Assembly (NCBI GenBank): GCA_051003195.1
Contig: JBPCLP010000055.1
Coordinates: 58,313 to 122,312, forward strand
Origin: Candidatus Sumerlaeaceae bacterium
GTDB taxonomy: Bacteria; Sumerlaeota; Sumerlaeia; Sumerlaeales; Sumerlaeaceae
DNA: 64,000 nt
Direction of reading: 5' to 3'
In this document: positions 1 to 10,121 of the stretch, piece by piece
Layout: every line of letters begins with the position of its first letter
How positions within the stretch are numbered: the first letter of the stretch is position 1
The notes under the pieces: generated by a model
Seen by the model: only the letters and a program-made list of their open reading frames with translations
The model's database searches: none
Told to the model about the DNA's origin: nothing
Made by a program: the position numbers and the translations under genes

Positions 1-192
1 ACGGGTACGCGCCGTGTGGATGACTGGTGGTATGTTACCGCTGTAGGCCGCGATCGCAATGCGCTTAATGACTTCCTGGATATAGCATACAAGTCAGGCC
101 TGCGCGATCTGGATGTAAACTACCAGGACTACAAACAGTTCATTGTCCGCGGCCAACAACGCTCACAGAACACCTTCAAAATGCGCTTCTAA
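1..192 (+). CDS. 3' end of a CDS entering from the left edge, hypothetical protein
   Basis: Frame 1 is open from base 1 (TGTRRVDDWWYVTAVG...NTFKMRF) to TAA at 190-192. Confidence 0.55.
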   Translation, partial: TGTRRVDDWWYVTAVGRDRNALNDFLDIAYKSGLRDLDVNYQDYKQFIVRGQQRSQNTFKMRF

Positions 193-217
193 CCTAAGTG
201 GTGGGTCGTCTCGCCGC

Positions 218-315
218 TAGTGCGCCGAATCCGAAATTCCTATCCAGTTTGAGCGCGGAAGATGAGCGCGATTCGGCACACAGAACCGAATACGAATTAA
301 CGGTAGCCCACACTA
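218..315. repeat. 98-bp MITE-like repeat, family A copy 1
   Basis: TAG-TGCGCCGAATC...GATTCGGCACAC-AGAACCGAATACGAATTAACGGTAGCCCACA-CTA; matches copies at 34294, 34390, 35799 and 43150. The terminal CTA is the ROK gene stop codon. Confidence 0.85.
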
Positions 316-1527
316 AGCGACCAGCGGCGCTCCCAGATCGTTGTGCAGGATAACGGCCACCGCGCCGCGCAGCCGAGGGTGTATCAGGTCATCGGTAGGA
401 ACGATCTTGGTGGGCAGGTGCTTCTGCACGCGCGAGGCTACCTCTTTGAGCACAGGCGGTCCCACGATATTCCATGCCCGGGTCACCTCGCCGACCACCA
501 CCACGACGCTTGGCGCTAGTGAAGTAACAACCATCGCCAGCCCAACACCCAGGTAATGCCCCATTTTCTCCAGCGCCTTTACTGCGCGAGTGTCATTCTG
601 CTCGGCCAGGTTCACAATGTCTTCGAAGCTGATCGCGCCATTTCGGCCAGTCGTGCCCTGGCCATTCTTTTTACCACCGGGTGCACTTAGCTCCTCGTAA
701 TAACGCACTGCTGCCGAGTTCGAAGCATACACTTCCCAACAGCCGCGATTGCCGCAATTACATAGAAGCCCATCCTCGCAAATGGACACATGCCCAAACT
801 CGCCCGCCATGCCCGTGGGGCCGCGAAGTAATTGACCGTTCATAAAAATGCCACAGCCCACCCCCTCCGACACAGTCAGGGCTACAAGATCCTGCACACC
901 ATCCGCGTGCTTACCAAACCAGATCTCAGCCAGCGCGCAGGCATTGGGGGCGTTCTCGACGATGACCGGTAATCCTGTAGTCTCCTCCAGGGGCCCGATG
1001 AAGTCGATATCCCGCCACCCCAGGTTCGGTGCGTACGCCAGCCTTGCTCCCTTTAACGTTACGCGGCCGGGCAGGCTTACGCCGATCCCGGCATATGTGT
1101 ACTTGTGGCTTTTCATGAAAGCGCCGACAGCTTTGGTCAGGTCATCGATAAACTTCTCAGGGTCGTTGATAGTCTTCAGGCGTTCCAGCGTAACAAACCG
1201 TCCGCTCATATCCGCAACGGCCAGTGTCGTGTGCACGGGGCGGATATCGACTCCAATGATATAAGTCCGGTCATTATTGAAGTGAAGTACGCGGGGTTTG
1301 CGGCCGCGTGGTGCATCGGTCAGCGCGCCTTCCGTTACCCACTGCTGTTCGATCAGTTCCTCGACAATTAACGATACGGTGGAGAACTGGAGCCCGGACT
1401 TCCTTGCCAGGTCCGCACGGGAAATCGGCTGGTGCGTACGAAGAAAGTTCAGCACGATACGCCGATTTATGTCCCGCGCAGTCTCGCTGGTGGCGACCTG
1501 GAAGTTTTTTAGATCAATTTTGCGCAT
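313..1527 (-). CDS. ROK-family transcriptional repressor (XylR/NagC-like)
   Basis: N-terminal HTH (ISRADLARKSGL...GRKP) and ROK motif GEFGH...CNCGNRGCWE. Confidence 0.92.
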   Translation of the reverse strand: MRKIDLKNFQVATSETARDINRRIVLNFLRTHQPISRADLARKSGLQFSTVSLIVEELIEQQWVTEGALTDAPRGRKPRVLHFNNDRTYIIGVDIRPVHTTLAVADMSGRFVTLERLKTINDPEKFIDDLTKAVGAFMKSHKYTYAGIGVSLPGRVTLKGARLAYAPNLGWRDIDFIGPLEETTGLPVIVENAPNACALAEIWFGKHADGVQDLVALTVSEGVGCGIFMNGQLLRGPTGMAGEFGHVSICEDGLLCNCGNRGCWEVYASNSAAVRYYEELSAPGGKKNGQGTTGRNGAISFEDIVNLAEQNDTRAVKALEKMGHYLGVGLAMVVTSLAPSVVVVVGEVTRAWNIVGPPVLKEVASRVQKHLPTKIVPTDDLIHPRLRGAVAVILHNDLGAPLVA

Positions 1528-1662
1528 GTCGGAATTTCTGTCTGTGTCAGCCTGATGCCACTAAAAACCAGTCAGTGTGGAGATCACTGTTTTGTGAATG
1601 CAAGGCTTGTGAGTTGCAAATAGCTGAGCCAGCTAGAAGTAAAATCTGCCTGCGAGGTCTCG

Positions 1663-2124
1663 TTGCCACTATCCCATAATATTTTTCGTGCTCGGCCCCA
1701 GGATCTCTCACTGGCGCGACAGGCTGTCGTGGGTCTACACAATCACACTCCGGGTGATGACGTGGCTCTGCTGGCTTTTCTATCCGATCCCAACGGTTAT
1801 TTGCTTCTTGCGACAAAAGGTGAGCAGGTGATCGGCAGCCTGAGTGGTTTCGCGCTGCGCCATGCATTTCGCAGTGAGCCGGCTTTTCTCCTGTATGAGA
1901 TCGATGTCCACCCATCGGCTCGACGGAATGGAATCGGCACAGCGCTTGTGCGGCAATTCATCAATGAAGCCGAAATGGCGAGAGCTTACGAAGTATGGGT
2001 GCTGACTAATCAAAGTAACACGCCCGCTATGTCTATGTACACGCGTTGCGGCCTGAGCCGCCGAAACCTTGACGATGTGATGCTGGAGATCGCGCTCAGT
2101 GGCCCAGGCGACTCGCACACCTGA
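1663..2124 (+). CDS. GNAT-family N-acetyltransferase
   Basis: Acetyl-CoA motif VHPSARRNGIGTAL and N..A...Y..CG; start uncertain. Confidence 0.85.
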   Translation: MPLSHNIFRARPQDLSLARQAVVGLHNHTPGDDVALLAFLSDPNGYLLLATKGEQVIGSLSGFALRHAFRSEPAFLLYEIDVHPSARRNGIGTALVRQFINEAEMARAYEVWVLTNQSNTPAMSMYTRCGLSRRNLDDVMLEIALSGPGDSHT

Positions 2125-2259
2125 CGGGCTTCACCTGCGCTTTTTTGTATTGACGCATTATGCGCCGCTTCTTTTGGGTAAGCCAACTTGTAACCCGTGC
2201 TCCCGCGCTGGCGGTGCAACGGAACCCATAGATTAGCTATAGATAGGTTGGAGGCGACC

Positions 2260-2502
2260 ATGGCCGTTGGTCAGAAGGTTAAAGAAATCGTTGCTCAGCA
2301 GTTGGGTGTCAACGAGGAGCAGGTCACTGAGGAAGCGTCGTTTAAGGATGACCTCGGCGCCGACTCGCTCGACATCGTCGAGCTGGTCATGGCATTCGAG
2401 GAAGAGTTTAACATCGAGATTCCCGACGAAGATGCTGAGAAAGTTCTCACGGTCGGGCAGGCAGTTTCCTATATCGAGGGCAAGGCTGGCACAGCCGAGT
2501 AA
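2260..2502 (+). CDS. acpP: Acyl carrier protein
   Basis: [28 protein letters not shown] upstream of ATG 2260. Confidence 0.97.
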   Translation: MAVGQKVKEIVAQQLGVNEEQVTEEASFKDDLGADSLDIVELVMAFEEEFNIEIPDEDAEKVLTVGQAVSYIEGKAGTAE

Positions 2503-2560
2503 CTCTGTGGCATGCCGAATAGACGGCCCACTGCCGTCATATTAAAACGCTTCAAAAGGG

Positions 2561-2598
2561 CGCGTCGGGTTGAAATCAGCCCGGCGCGAATTTTTTTT
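2561..2598 (+). terminator. Intrinsic terminator-like hairpin between acpP and fabF
   Basis: CGCGTCGGGTTGA-AA-TCAGCCCGGCGCG followed by AA and T8. Confidence 0.6.
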
Positions 2599-2649
2599 GG
2601 CGGTGGATGCTGCCTACACTGGCAAGCTTAACGTAAAACGAGGAGAACC

Positions 2650-3894
2650 ATGGAATTCAGGCGCGTAGTGGTAACTGGGCTGGGAGCAATTACCCCGATC
2701 GGCAATACAGTGGACGAATACTGGCACGGTCTGCAGCACGGTGCCTGCGGTGTCGGTCCGATCACGCGCTTTGATACCACCGGCCAGACAGTGACCATCG
2801 CCGCCGAGGTGAAGGGTCTCAATCCCGAGGACCACTTCGAGAAGAAAGAGATCAAGAAGCTCGACTACTTCGTGCGTTTTGCGATGGTCGCCGGGCGTGA
2901 AGCTTTCAGGCAAAGTGGCCTCGATCTTACGCAGCACGATGCGAATGAGATTGGTGTGCTCATCGGCGTGGGCATGGGCGGGGTGCTAACCATTGAGGAA
3001 CAACATGACGTGCTGGTGAAGCGTGGCCCCGGGCGCGTCACTCCATTCCTGGTCCCCAAGATGATCCCGAACATGGCAGCCGGAATGGTATCTATCGATC
3101 TGGGCCTTAAGGGGCCGAACTCCGCCGTCTCGACCGCATGCGCGTCTGCGACACACGCGATCGGCGATTCGTTCCGCATTATCCAGCGCGGCGATGCCAC
3201 AGCCATGATATGTGGCGGCGCGGAATCGGTCATCACCCCCCTCTCCATTGCCGGGTTTGCCAACATGGGCGCGCTCAGTGCATGCAACGACACGCCGCAT
3301 TGCGCCAGCCGGCCATTCGACGCGAACCGCAATGGCTTCGTGATGGGAGAAGGCTCCGGCCTGCTCGTACTCGAGGAACTGGAGCACGCAAAGCAGCGCG
3401 GTGCTAACATCCTGGCGGAAATCGTCGGCTATGGTCTCACCGGCGATGCATTCCATATGACATCCCCGGGACCAAATGGCGAGGGAGGCGCGCGTTGCAT
3501 GCGCATGTGCCTGCGCTCCGCCGGACTGCAGCCTGAACAAGTCGACTACATAAACGCACACGGCACCAGCACCCCGTTAAACGACAAGCTGGAAACGCAG
3601 GCAATCAAAACGGTGTTCGGCGACCATGCATACAAGATCGCCGTCAGCTCCAACAAAAGCATGATAGGCCACCTCATCGGTGCCGCGGGCGGAGTTGAAG
3701 CAGTGGCCACCGTCCTTACGATACGCGACGGGCAGATTCCTCCCACGATCAACTACTCCGAAAAAGACAACGAGTGCGACCTGGACTACGTGCCCAACAC
3801 CGTGCGCCAGCAGCAGGTCAACGTCGCCATCAGCAACAGCCTGGGATTCGGTGGCCACAACGCGACGATTGCATTCAGGAGCTATAACGGCTAG
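2650..3894 (+). CDS. fabF: 3-oxoacyl-ACP synthase II
   Basis: RRVVVTGLG, TACAS catalytic Cys, NAHGTST, GHLIGAAG, SNSLGFGGHN; follows acpP. Confidence 0.97.
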   Translation: MEFRRVVVTGLGAITPIGNTVDEYWHGLQHGACGVGPITRFDTTGQTVTIAAEVKGLNPEDHFEKKEIKKLDYFVRFAMVAGREAFRQSGLDLTQHDANEIGVLIGVGMGGVLTIEEQHDVLVKRGPGRVTPFLVPKMIPNMAAGMVSIDLGLKGPNSAVSTACASATHAIGDSFRIIQRGDATAMICGGAESVITPLSIAGFANMGALSACNDTPHCASRPFDANRNGFVMGEGSGLLVLEELEHAKQRGANILAEIVGYGLTGDAFHMTSPGPNGEGGARCMRMCLRSAGLQPEQVDYINAHGTSTPLNDKLETQAIKTVFGDHAYKIAVSSNKSMIGHLIGAAGGVEAVATVLTIRDGQIPPTINYSEKDNECDLDYVPNTVRQQQVNVAISNSLGFGGHNATIAFRSYNG

Positions 3895-5024
3895 TTCGGA
3901 GATCCGGCATACACTGCCGTAATCTCGCGGAGCCACCGCTCGCGATTGTGAAAATTTAGCGCGCGATCGCGGGCACTGTTGCTCAACGTGCTGCCCAGTT
4001 CCGTCGAATCGAGAATACGACTGATCGCACCCGCCATTGCATCGGGATCGTCAGGCGGAACTACCAGCCCGGTCTCGCCGTCGCGCAGCACTTCGGGGAT
4101 ACATCCCACCGCTGTGGCGACAATTGGCAACCCCGACGCCATGTACTCATACGTCACCCTGCTCGACCCCTCGCTGCCACGGCTTGCAAGCACGCCAACA
4201 TCCAGTGAAGCCATTGCCGTCTGGACGTCGTCCAGCCAGTCGCGAATAATTACACGGTCCGCGATGCCCAGCTCGCGCGCAAGCGTCATGTATTGCTCCG
4301 GCTTTGTGCCACATGAGCGTCCCGCGATCAGGAAACGTGTGTCCGATGCCTGTGCATTGACCATCGCGGCGGCGCGCAAAAACACTTCCTGGCCTTTGAT
4401 CGCCTGCATTCGCGCGATCAGGCCAATCAGCTTTTCGCCGTGCTCTACACCAATACTGGCGCGCCACGCCTCGCTGCGCTTATCGGTTGTGAACGCGGCC
4501 GTATCCACCCCGGAGTAAACCACCCGCAGCTTTTCCTGTATCAGCGGCAGCATCGACCCAAAACTATCGGCTGCAATCTGCGACACCGCGATGACAGCAT
4601 CGGTCCGATTGCGCAGCAGCCATCGGTTTGCCGCGTGATTGCGCATGGCCGTAATTACATGGCGAGTGCGAACGATCCGCGGAACGGGCGTCGTTGCAGC
4701 AACGGCGAACGCTGCAACCCAGTGATCTTTACCCCTGTGGCAATGCACAATTTCCGCGTGGTGCCCACGTATGATACGCTGTAGTTTGCGCATGTCCGCA
4801 TAATCCGTAATTGGATTAAAGCTGCCGCTGAAAACCAGCGACTCACACGTCACGCCGGCCGCGCGGGCCCGCTCCTCCAGCTCGCTCCCGCCGCGCACCA
4901 CCAGCAGCGCCGAATGTCCCCTGGCATTCAACTCCATTGCAAGATCGAGACAATGCGCTGCCTCTCCGATGAACTTCCGCGCGCTGTTGCAGATCACAAT
5001 CTTCAATGCCGGGCCGGTCCGCAC
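3891..5024 (-). CDS. Glycosyltransferase family 4
   Basis: GT-B motif EGSSRVTYEYMASGLPIVATAVG; true start may be TTG at 5006. Confidence 0.9.
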   Translation of the reverse strand: MRTGPALKIVICNSARKFIGEAAHCLDLAMELNARGHSALLVVRGGSELEERARAAGVTCESLVFSGSFNPITDYADMRKLQRIIRGHHAEIVHCHRGKDHWVAAFAVAATTPVPRIVRTRHVITAMRNHAANRWLLRNRTDAVIAVSQIAADSFGSMLPLIQEKLRVVYSGVDTAAFTTDKRSEAWRASIGVEHGEKLIGLIARMQAIKGQEVFLRAAAMVNAQASDTRFLIAGRSCGTKPEQYMTLARELGIADRVIIRDWLDDVQTAMASLDVGVLASRGSEGSSRVTYEYMASGLPIVATAVGCIPEVLRDGETGLVVPPDDPDAMAGAISRILDSTELGSTLSNSARDRALNFHNRERWLREITAVYAGSPN

Positions 5025-5040
5025 AGCATGGTCGTGAGAG

Positions 5041-5868
5041 CTACCGGTCCCAGCCGAAGTCCCTGCCCGTCAATTCCTTCAGCTGCGCATTGTAAGGGCG
5101 AAAGTACTCGACCAGTCGGGTACGTGTTTCTGGCTTCATCTCATCCTTGTACGAGCCCACGTTGAACCGCTTGTACTCCTTCAGATCCATCGGCGGCACA
5201 CCCAGGAACGCACACACCTGCTGGACTATTTCCTCTGACTTTTCGGCGAAATCTTCCGTGCGCAGGACAAGAATCTGCTCGCGCGGAAATTGCGCGTACC
5301 ATCGCTCCAATTGCTCGGCATAATGACCGCGCTGCTTGTACGAGAAATGGCGCAATGCACCGATCTTTTTACGCGTCGCCATCGCGCGCTCCATTGTTCC
5401 CTTCAGCCTCTCTTCCTCACCATCGAGCGCCTCTTCGAACGTCAACTTTTCACATCCCTTACGCAGCTCATGCTGATAATGCGAGTACGCGCGATCAATG
5501 GGATTGCGCAACAATGCGACAAACCGTCCGTTGGGAATGGTCCGCCTCGCATTTTCAGCGGCGAACGGAATGAATATATAACCGGGCGAAGCTTCACCAA
5601 CCAGGAATGGCCGGCCCTGCCGCAATGCGCGCCACCGCTGAAATATTGTTGGGAAATGAGCGCGGTACCATAGCTTCCCCTTCCGAAAATGCCGATCAAA
5701 GAACGTAACTTCTTTGGTGAGCGCAGCAGCGATCGCGGGATGCTGCACCAGGGTGTTGTAAAGTGTTCCGGTGCCTCCCTTCTGCACCCCAATAATTGCG
5801 AAGTCCGGTAACACCCGGAACCACCCTCGCAGAAGTGCGTGCCGCCGCCGGAGCTTGGCCTTGTTCAT
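5041..5868 (-). CDS. PAPS-dependent sulfotransferase (heparan-sulfate sulfotransferase-like)
   Basis: 5'PSB PDFAIIGVQKGGT, GEASPGY, 3'PB LLRNPIDRAYSHY. Confidence 0.9.
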   Translation of the reverse strand: MNKAKLRRRHALLRGWFRVLPDFAIIGVQKGGTGTLYNTLVQHPAIAAALTKEVTFFDRHFRKGKLWYRAHFPTIFQRWRALRQGRPFLVGEASPGYIFIPFAAENARRTIPNGRFVALLRNPIDRAYSHYQHELRKGCEKLTFEEALDGEEERLKGTMERAMATRKKIGALRHFSYKQRGHYAEQLERWYAQFPREQILVLRTEDFAEKSEEIVQQVCAFLGVPPMDLKEYKRFNVGSYKDEMKPETRTRLVEYFRPYNAQLKELTGRDFGWDR

Positions 5869-5968
5869 TCACTCTCACTGTCGGGAAATGTGCTCAGCGC
5901 TATTCTGGTCGAAAATCGTCTTTATTCGCGAAATTCGTCGACGATTTCACTTCGATTGCTACTTCGAG

Positions 5969-8602
5969 CTAGAACTTCTCCTCGCCCTCGTCTTCCATCT
6001 GAGCCAGGTACTCATCGGGATCCACAATGATGTCACGCACCTTGCTGCCAACGTTCGGGCCCACGATATGCGCTTCCTCCAGCATATCCATCACTCGCCC
6101 GGCACGGGCGAACCCGATCTTCAGTTTGCGTTGCAACAGGCTGACACTCGCCTTGCGGTGCACGAGAATTAACTTTGCAGCCTGCCGAAACAGTTCGTCA
6201 TCGATGGCATCGCTGTCCTCATTGCTGGTCCTCGAAGTACTCCCGCCGGCACCCAGCACCTGCCTTAAGTCCCGCCCGTCCTTGCGCTGCTGCTGATAAC
6301 TGTAGTCGTAATCGTCGCCGTCGTCATCCACAGCCACGGAGCTGTCATCCGCATCGATGCCGTTCATTCGAAGTTCATCATCGCCGCGGCGGCCCATCTC
6401 CTGGCTCGCCTTGAGCCGCTGCTCCTCAATTTCGTGCTGTGTGAGAAAATCTGTCTTCACGTAATTAGCCCGGGCCTGCGAACGCACCCAGTCGGCTGTT
6501 CGTTCCACTTCCTGGTCGCTCAAATAGCAGCCCTGCAGGCGAATCGGTTTTGGGCTGCCGCCGGGCGAGAACAGCATATCACCGCGCCCCAGCAGACTCT
6601 CCGCACCGTTGGTGTCCAATATCGTGCGCGAATCCACCTTGCTCGACACCTGGAACGCCACACGGCTTGGGAAGTTCGCCTTAATGATGCCAGTGATCAC
6701 GTTGACGGACGGCCGCTGCGTCGCCAGGATCAGGTGCATTCCCACCGCGCGCGACATCTGCGCCAGGCGGATGATGGAATCTTCCACCTCGTTCTTGGCG
6801 ATGATCATCAGGTCTGCCAGTTCATCAATGATGATCACAATGTGCGGCATGTACTCGACGTGACGTCCAACCGCTTTGGGATGCGGCTGCTTGCTTTTCA
6901 CGATCGCGTTGTAGCCGTCGATGTTTCGAACGCCCAGCGACGCCAGTTTCTTGTAGCGCTCCTCCATCTCCTCAATCGCCCAGTTAAGCGCAGCGGCTGC
7001 CTTGCGCGGCTCGCACACTACCGGTGCCAGCAGATGGGGAATGGCCTGGTACACATTCAGTTCCACTCGCTTGGGATCCACCATCACCATCTTCACCTTC
7101 TCCGGCTGCATTCGGAAAAGTATCGAGCAGATCACCGAGTTGAGACAGACCGACTTTCCCGACCCCGTTGTGCCTGCGATGAGCAGGTGCGGCATGGCTG
7201 CCAGATCGCAAATATATGGCTCGCCCGAAATTGTTTTGCCCAATGCAAATGCCAGCGGCGAAGGATGATTGCGGAACGCTTCCGTTTCCAGCATCTCCCG
7301 CAGGTAAACGGGCGTCGCCTTGTGGTTCGGAATCTCCAGCCCGACAGTTCCTTTGCCTGGCACCGGCGCAATAATGCGGACGCTCTCCGCCTTCATGCAC
7401 ATCGCAATGTCGTTTTCCAGCGCCGCGATGCGTGCCACCTTCACTCCGGGAGCCGGCTGCACTTCGAACCGCGTTACCGTTGGGCCCTGCGTTACCTGGA
7501 CGACCGTTGCCGAAATTCCAAACTCCCCCAGCGTACGCTCCAGCGTACCGGATCGCTCGTCCATCTCCTGTTGCGACATCCTGCTCTTCACTTTGACAGC
7601 GGGATTCAGCAGATCCAGCCCGGGCGTTTCATACGCCCTTACCAGCGGCAATTCCTCCTGCACCGCTTCCGTCTCAGCCATCGTCACCAGGTCATCAACT
7701 TCGGCTTTGGGCGCTTGCCTGGAACTTACCGACGCAGCCAGCGCCGCGTACCTTTTTTGCGCGATCTCTGCCACATCGACAACTGCCGCGGCTGGCGAGG
7801 TGGCCCCCCGCGTCGTCTGCAGGGGAGGCGCAGAAAGCGACTGCGCGCGCGTCCCGACAGTTGCAGAAGGTTCTTCCTCCTGGGCCGATCGCCCGCCCCA
7901 TCGAAAAAATGAACGACGCGACTCCGGTTCTTCCACTCGGGCGGTGGGCTGCACGTCGCCAGGCTCATCCGATTCAAACGCTTCCTTAATTACTTCGAAC
8001 CACGCGCTCAGCCGCTGCTTCCAGGTTTTCGGTTTCCAGGTGCGCACCCAGCGCAGTGTGGCGGCGGTGGTCGAACGAATCCGGATATCTGTAAGTATAC
8101 TTACCGAGAGGATGAGAGCGCCGCCAAACAGCAGGTAGGCTCCAGCGCGCCCGAGGTAACCTGCAAGGTTCAGGCACTCGCGGTGCATCAGGAAGTTGCC
8201 GATTGCGCCACCCGCGCGAAATCCATCCTTTTTGGTAAAATCCGTAGCGGCGTACGGAACTGCGATTATTGCACACATGCAGATTGCGGCAAACAACAGC
8301 CCCAGCACCCGCAACGGCCCACGTGGAACATCCTGCCGACGCCACACAGCCGCCCCACCACCCAGCACCAGCAGCGGAATCAGGTAGGAGACATATTCAC
8401 CCAGCGTAAACGTGAGGCCGGAGCTGACCACGCCGCCCAATCTGCCAACGAGATTACTTCCTCCGTGCCCTTGCGATGCGAGCGACAAAAGCAACAGTAG
8501 CCCCGTCAGCATCAGCGCAACAGCGATGGCTTCGTTCAGCAACTCATCGCGAAAGCCGCCTTGCGCGGCCCGCGCGGTGCGGGTCGATGGTGCTTGGTAC
8601 AT
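5969..8602 (-). CDS. ftsK: DNA translocase FtsK/SpoIIIE
   Basis: N-terminal TM segments, PHLLIAGTTGSGKS, IIDELADLM, ATQRPS, C-terminal gamma domain SVSLLQRKLKIGFARAG. Confidence 0.97.
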   Translation of the reverse strand: MYQAPSTRTARAAQGGFRDELLNEAIAVALMLTGLLLLLSLASQGHGGSNLVGRLGGVVSSGLTFTLGEYVSYLIPLLVLGGGAAVWRRQDVPRGPLRVLGLLFAAICMCAIIAVPYAATDFTKKDGFRAGGAIGNFLMHRECLNLAGYLGRAGAYLLFGGALILSVSILTDIRIRSTTAATLRWVRTWKPKTWKQRLSAWFEVIKEAFESDEPGDVQPTARVEEPESRRSFFRWGGRSAQEEEPSATVGTRAQSLSAPPLQTTRGATSPAAAVVDVAEIAQKRYAALAASVSSRQAPKAEVDDLVTMAETEAVQEELPLVRAYETPGLDLLNPAVKVKSRMSQQEMDERSGTLERTLGEFGISATVVQVTQGPTVTRFEVQPAPGVKVARIAALENDIAMCMKAESVRIIAPVPGKGTVGLEIPNHKATPVYLREMLETEAFRNHPSPLAFALGKTISGEPYICDLAAMPHLLIAGTTGSGKSVCLNSVICSILFRMQPEKVKMVMVDPKRVELNVYQAIPHLLAPVVCEPRKAAAALNWAIEEMEERYKKLASLGVRNIDGYNAIVKSKQPHPKAVGRHVEYMPHIVIIIDELADLMIIAKNEVEDSIIRLAQMSRAVGMHLILATQRPSVNVITGIIKANFPSRVAFQVSSKVDSRTILDTNGAESLLGRGDMLFSPGGSPKPIRLQGCYLSDQEVERTADWVRSQARANYVKTDFLTQHEIEEQRLKASQEMGRRGDDELRMNGIDADDSSVAVDDDGDDYDYSYQQQRKDGRDLRQVLGAGGSTSRTSNEDSDAIDDELFRQAAKLILVHRKASVSLLQRKLKIGFARAGRVMDMLEEAHIVGPNVGSKVRDIIVDPDEYLAQMEDEGEEKF

Positions 8603-8886
8603 GTAAGAACCTCAACATTTCAACATTGGCAATACGCGCCGGCCAAACTGCCCCGTGCGCACTGCCGTCCACGGCAACTGTTCCACCCGTCTACGGGAGA
8701 AACTCAGGTTCGCCAGAAAACCCTGCACTGCGAGCCCACAATCGTCAAAGCTTTTCCCCCACTCAGGAACGATCTCGTTTAATGAAGCTCCTCAGCCAGG
8801 CAAGTTACGTCGCACGCCCCTTCCTGCTCCGAGCCATCTGTTGTCCATTTGACACGCCCGCTCGGCACCACGACCATGGCGTCTCT

Positions 8887-9774
8887 ATGTCCACTCTTTC
8901 GCCAGAATCCCGTGCGCCTGGCGCGATCAGCGTGCTCATTCCCGCTTACAACGAGCAGGACGCGATTGGCGAAGTTATCCGCCAGGTTCGAACCGTGCTG
9001 GAACCCACTGGCCATCCAGCCGAAATTATCGTCGTCGACGACGGCTCCACCGACTCCACTGCAACCAATGCCAGCGATGCCGGCGCACACGTAATCCCGC
9101 ATCGCACCAACCTCGGTTACGGCGCTGCTCTCAAAACCGCGCTTCGTCACGCAAGCCACGATTCCATTCTGATCCTCGATGCCGATGGCAGTTATCCCCC
9201 ATCCGCGATTCCCATTCTTCTGCAGGAACTGGCCATCTGCGACATGGTAGTCGCTGCGCGCACCACTGGAAAAGCCAATATTCCAGCAGCGCGTCGTCCC
9301 GCAAAATGGGTGCTTACGATGACCGCGCAGTTTTTATCACACCGCAAAATACCGGATCTGAATTCCGGTTTGCGTGCTTTTCGGCGCGCAGACGCTCTGC
9401 GATTTATGAGCCTCTACCCGGCCGGTTTCTCGTTCACCACGACGATTACGCTCGCCTATCTTTCCAACGATCTGCTCATACACTATATCCCCATCGAATA
9501 CCAGCCTCGCGTGGGAAGCTCCAAGCTGCGCCCCATCCGGGACACCAAAAACCTCTTCCTCACCGTTATCCGTTCCATTCTATTTTTCAATCCATTACGC
9601 GTCTGCATCCCCGCCGCCATCTTCCTGTTTGTTATTGCCGGATACCTCGCGCTGTTTGTAAGGGATGCGCAGGGCCGCATTCTTGACGGCACGATTACGA
9701 TACTGGTAACCAGCGCTCTACAGATCTTGATCGTCGGTTTCCTGGCCGATATACTATCCCGGTTGCGGCAATAG
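8887..9774 (+). CDS. Glycosyltransferase family 2 (polyprenol-phosphate glycosyltransferase/DPM1-GtrB-like)
   Basis: ISVLIPAYNE, VVDDGSTD, LDADG and two C-terminal TM helices; start placed at ATG 8887. Confidence 0.9.
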   Translation: MSTLSPESRAPGAISVLIPAYNEQDAIGEVIRQVRTVLEPTGHPAEIIVVDDGSTDSTATNASDAGAHVIPHRTNLGYGAALKTALRHASHDSILILDADGSYPPSAIPILLQELAICDMVVAARTTGKANIPAARRPAKWVLTMTAQFLSHRKIPDLNSGLRAFRRADALRFMSLYPAGFSFTTTITLAYLSNDLLIHYIPIEYQPRVGSSKLRPIRDTKNLFLTVIRSILFFNPLRVCIPAAIFLFVIAGYLALFVRDAQGRILDGTITILVTSALQILIVGFLADILSRLRQ

Positions 9775-9776
9775 CC

Positions 9777-10091
9777 TTGCGCGCGTGGGACGATCACCCC
9801 GAGCCCCGGGCAGGCATCTGTTACACAGCACATATCGACCCGCAGCACATTGGTTATCTTGTCAGCCTGGTGGAAGCGCATGAAGGGCTTGCCATTGTCA
9901 GAACAAAGGATGCGGCACTGGGTATCGTTGAGTTCTGGATTTCACCCTTAATGCAAAAGGACTTTGAAAGCTTTCTGACGGCGCTGAAAGAGGAGCTTCA
10001 GGTCAACGCCGGGCCACCCGAAATAATCAACATTGAGCAGCTTGACCATGCCAGTGCAAAGCCGCTGCATCCACAGCAAGACTCCAGATAA
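9777..10091 (+). CDS. Small conserved protein, DUF4911-like
   Basis: IGYLVSLVEAHEGLAIVRTKD pattern; operonic between the GT2 and ligase-like genes. Confidence 0.65.
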   Translation: MRAWDDHPEPRAGICYTAHIDPQHIGYLVSLVEAHEGLAIVRTKDAALGIVEFWISPLMQKDFESFLTALKEELQVNAGPPEIINIEQLDHASAKPLHPQQDSR

Positions 10092-10121
10092 TTACGAACT
10101 GACACTAACCCAGGAACCTGA

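Noticed and set aside
6434..7912. Long antisense ORFs (e.g. 6434-7912, 40780-41946, 59091-60227, 32251-33159)
   Set aside because: They are shadows of well-supported genes on the opposite strand in GC-rich DNA and carry no recognisable motifs.
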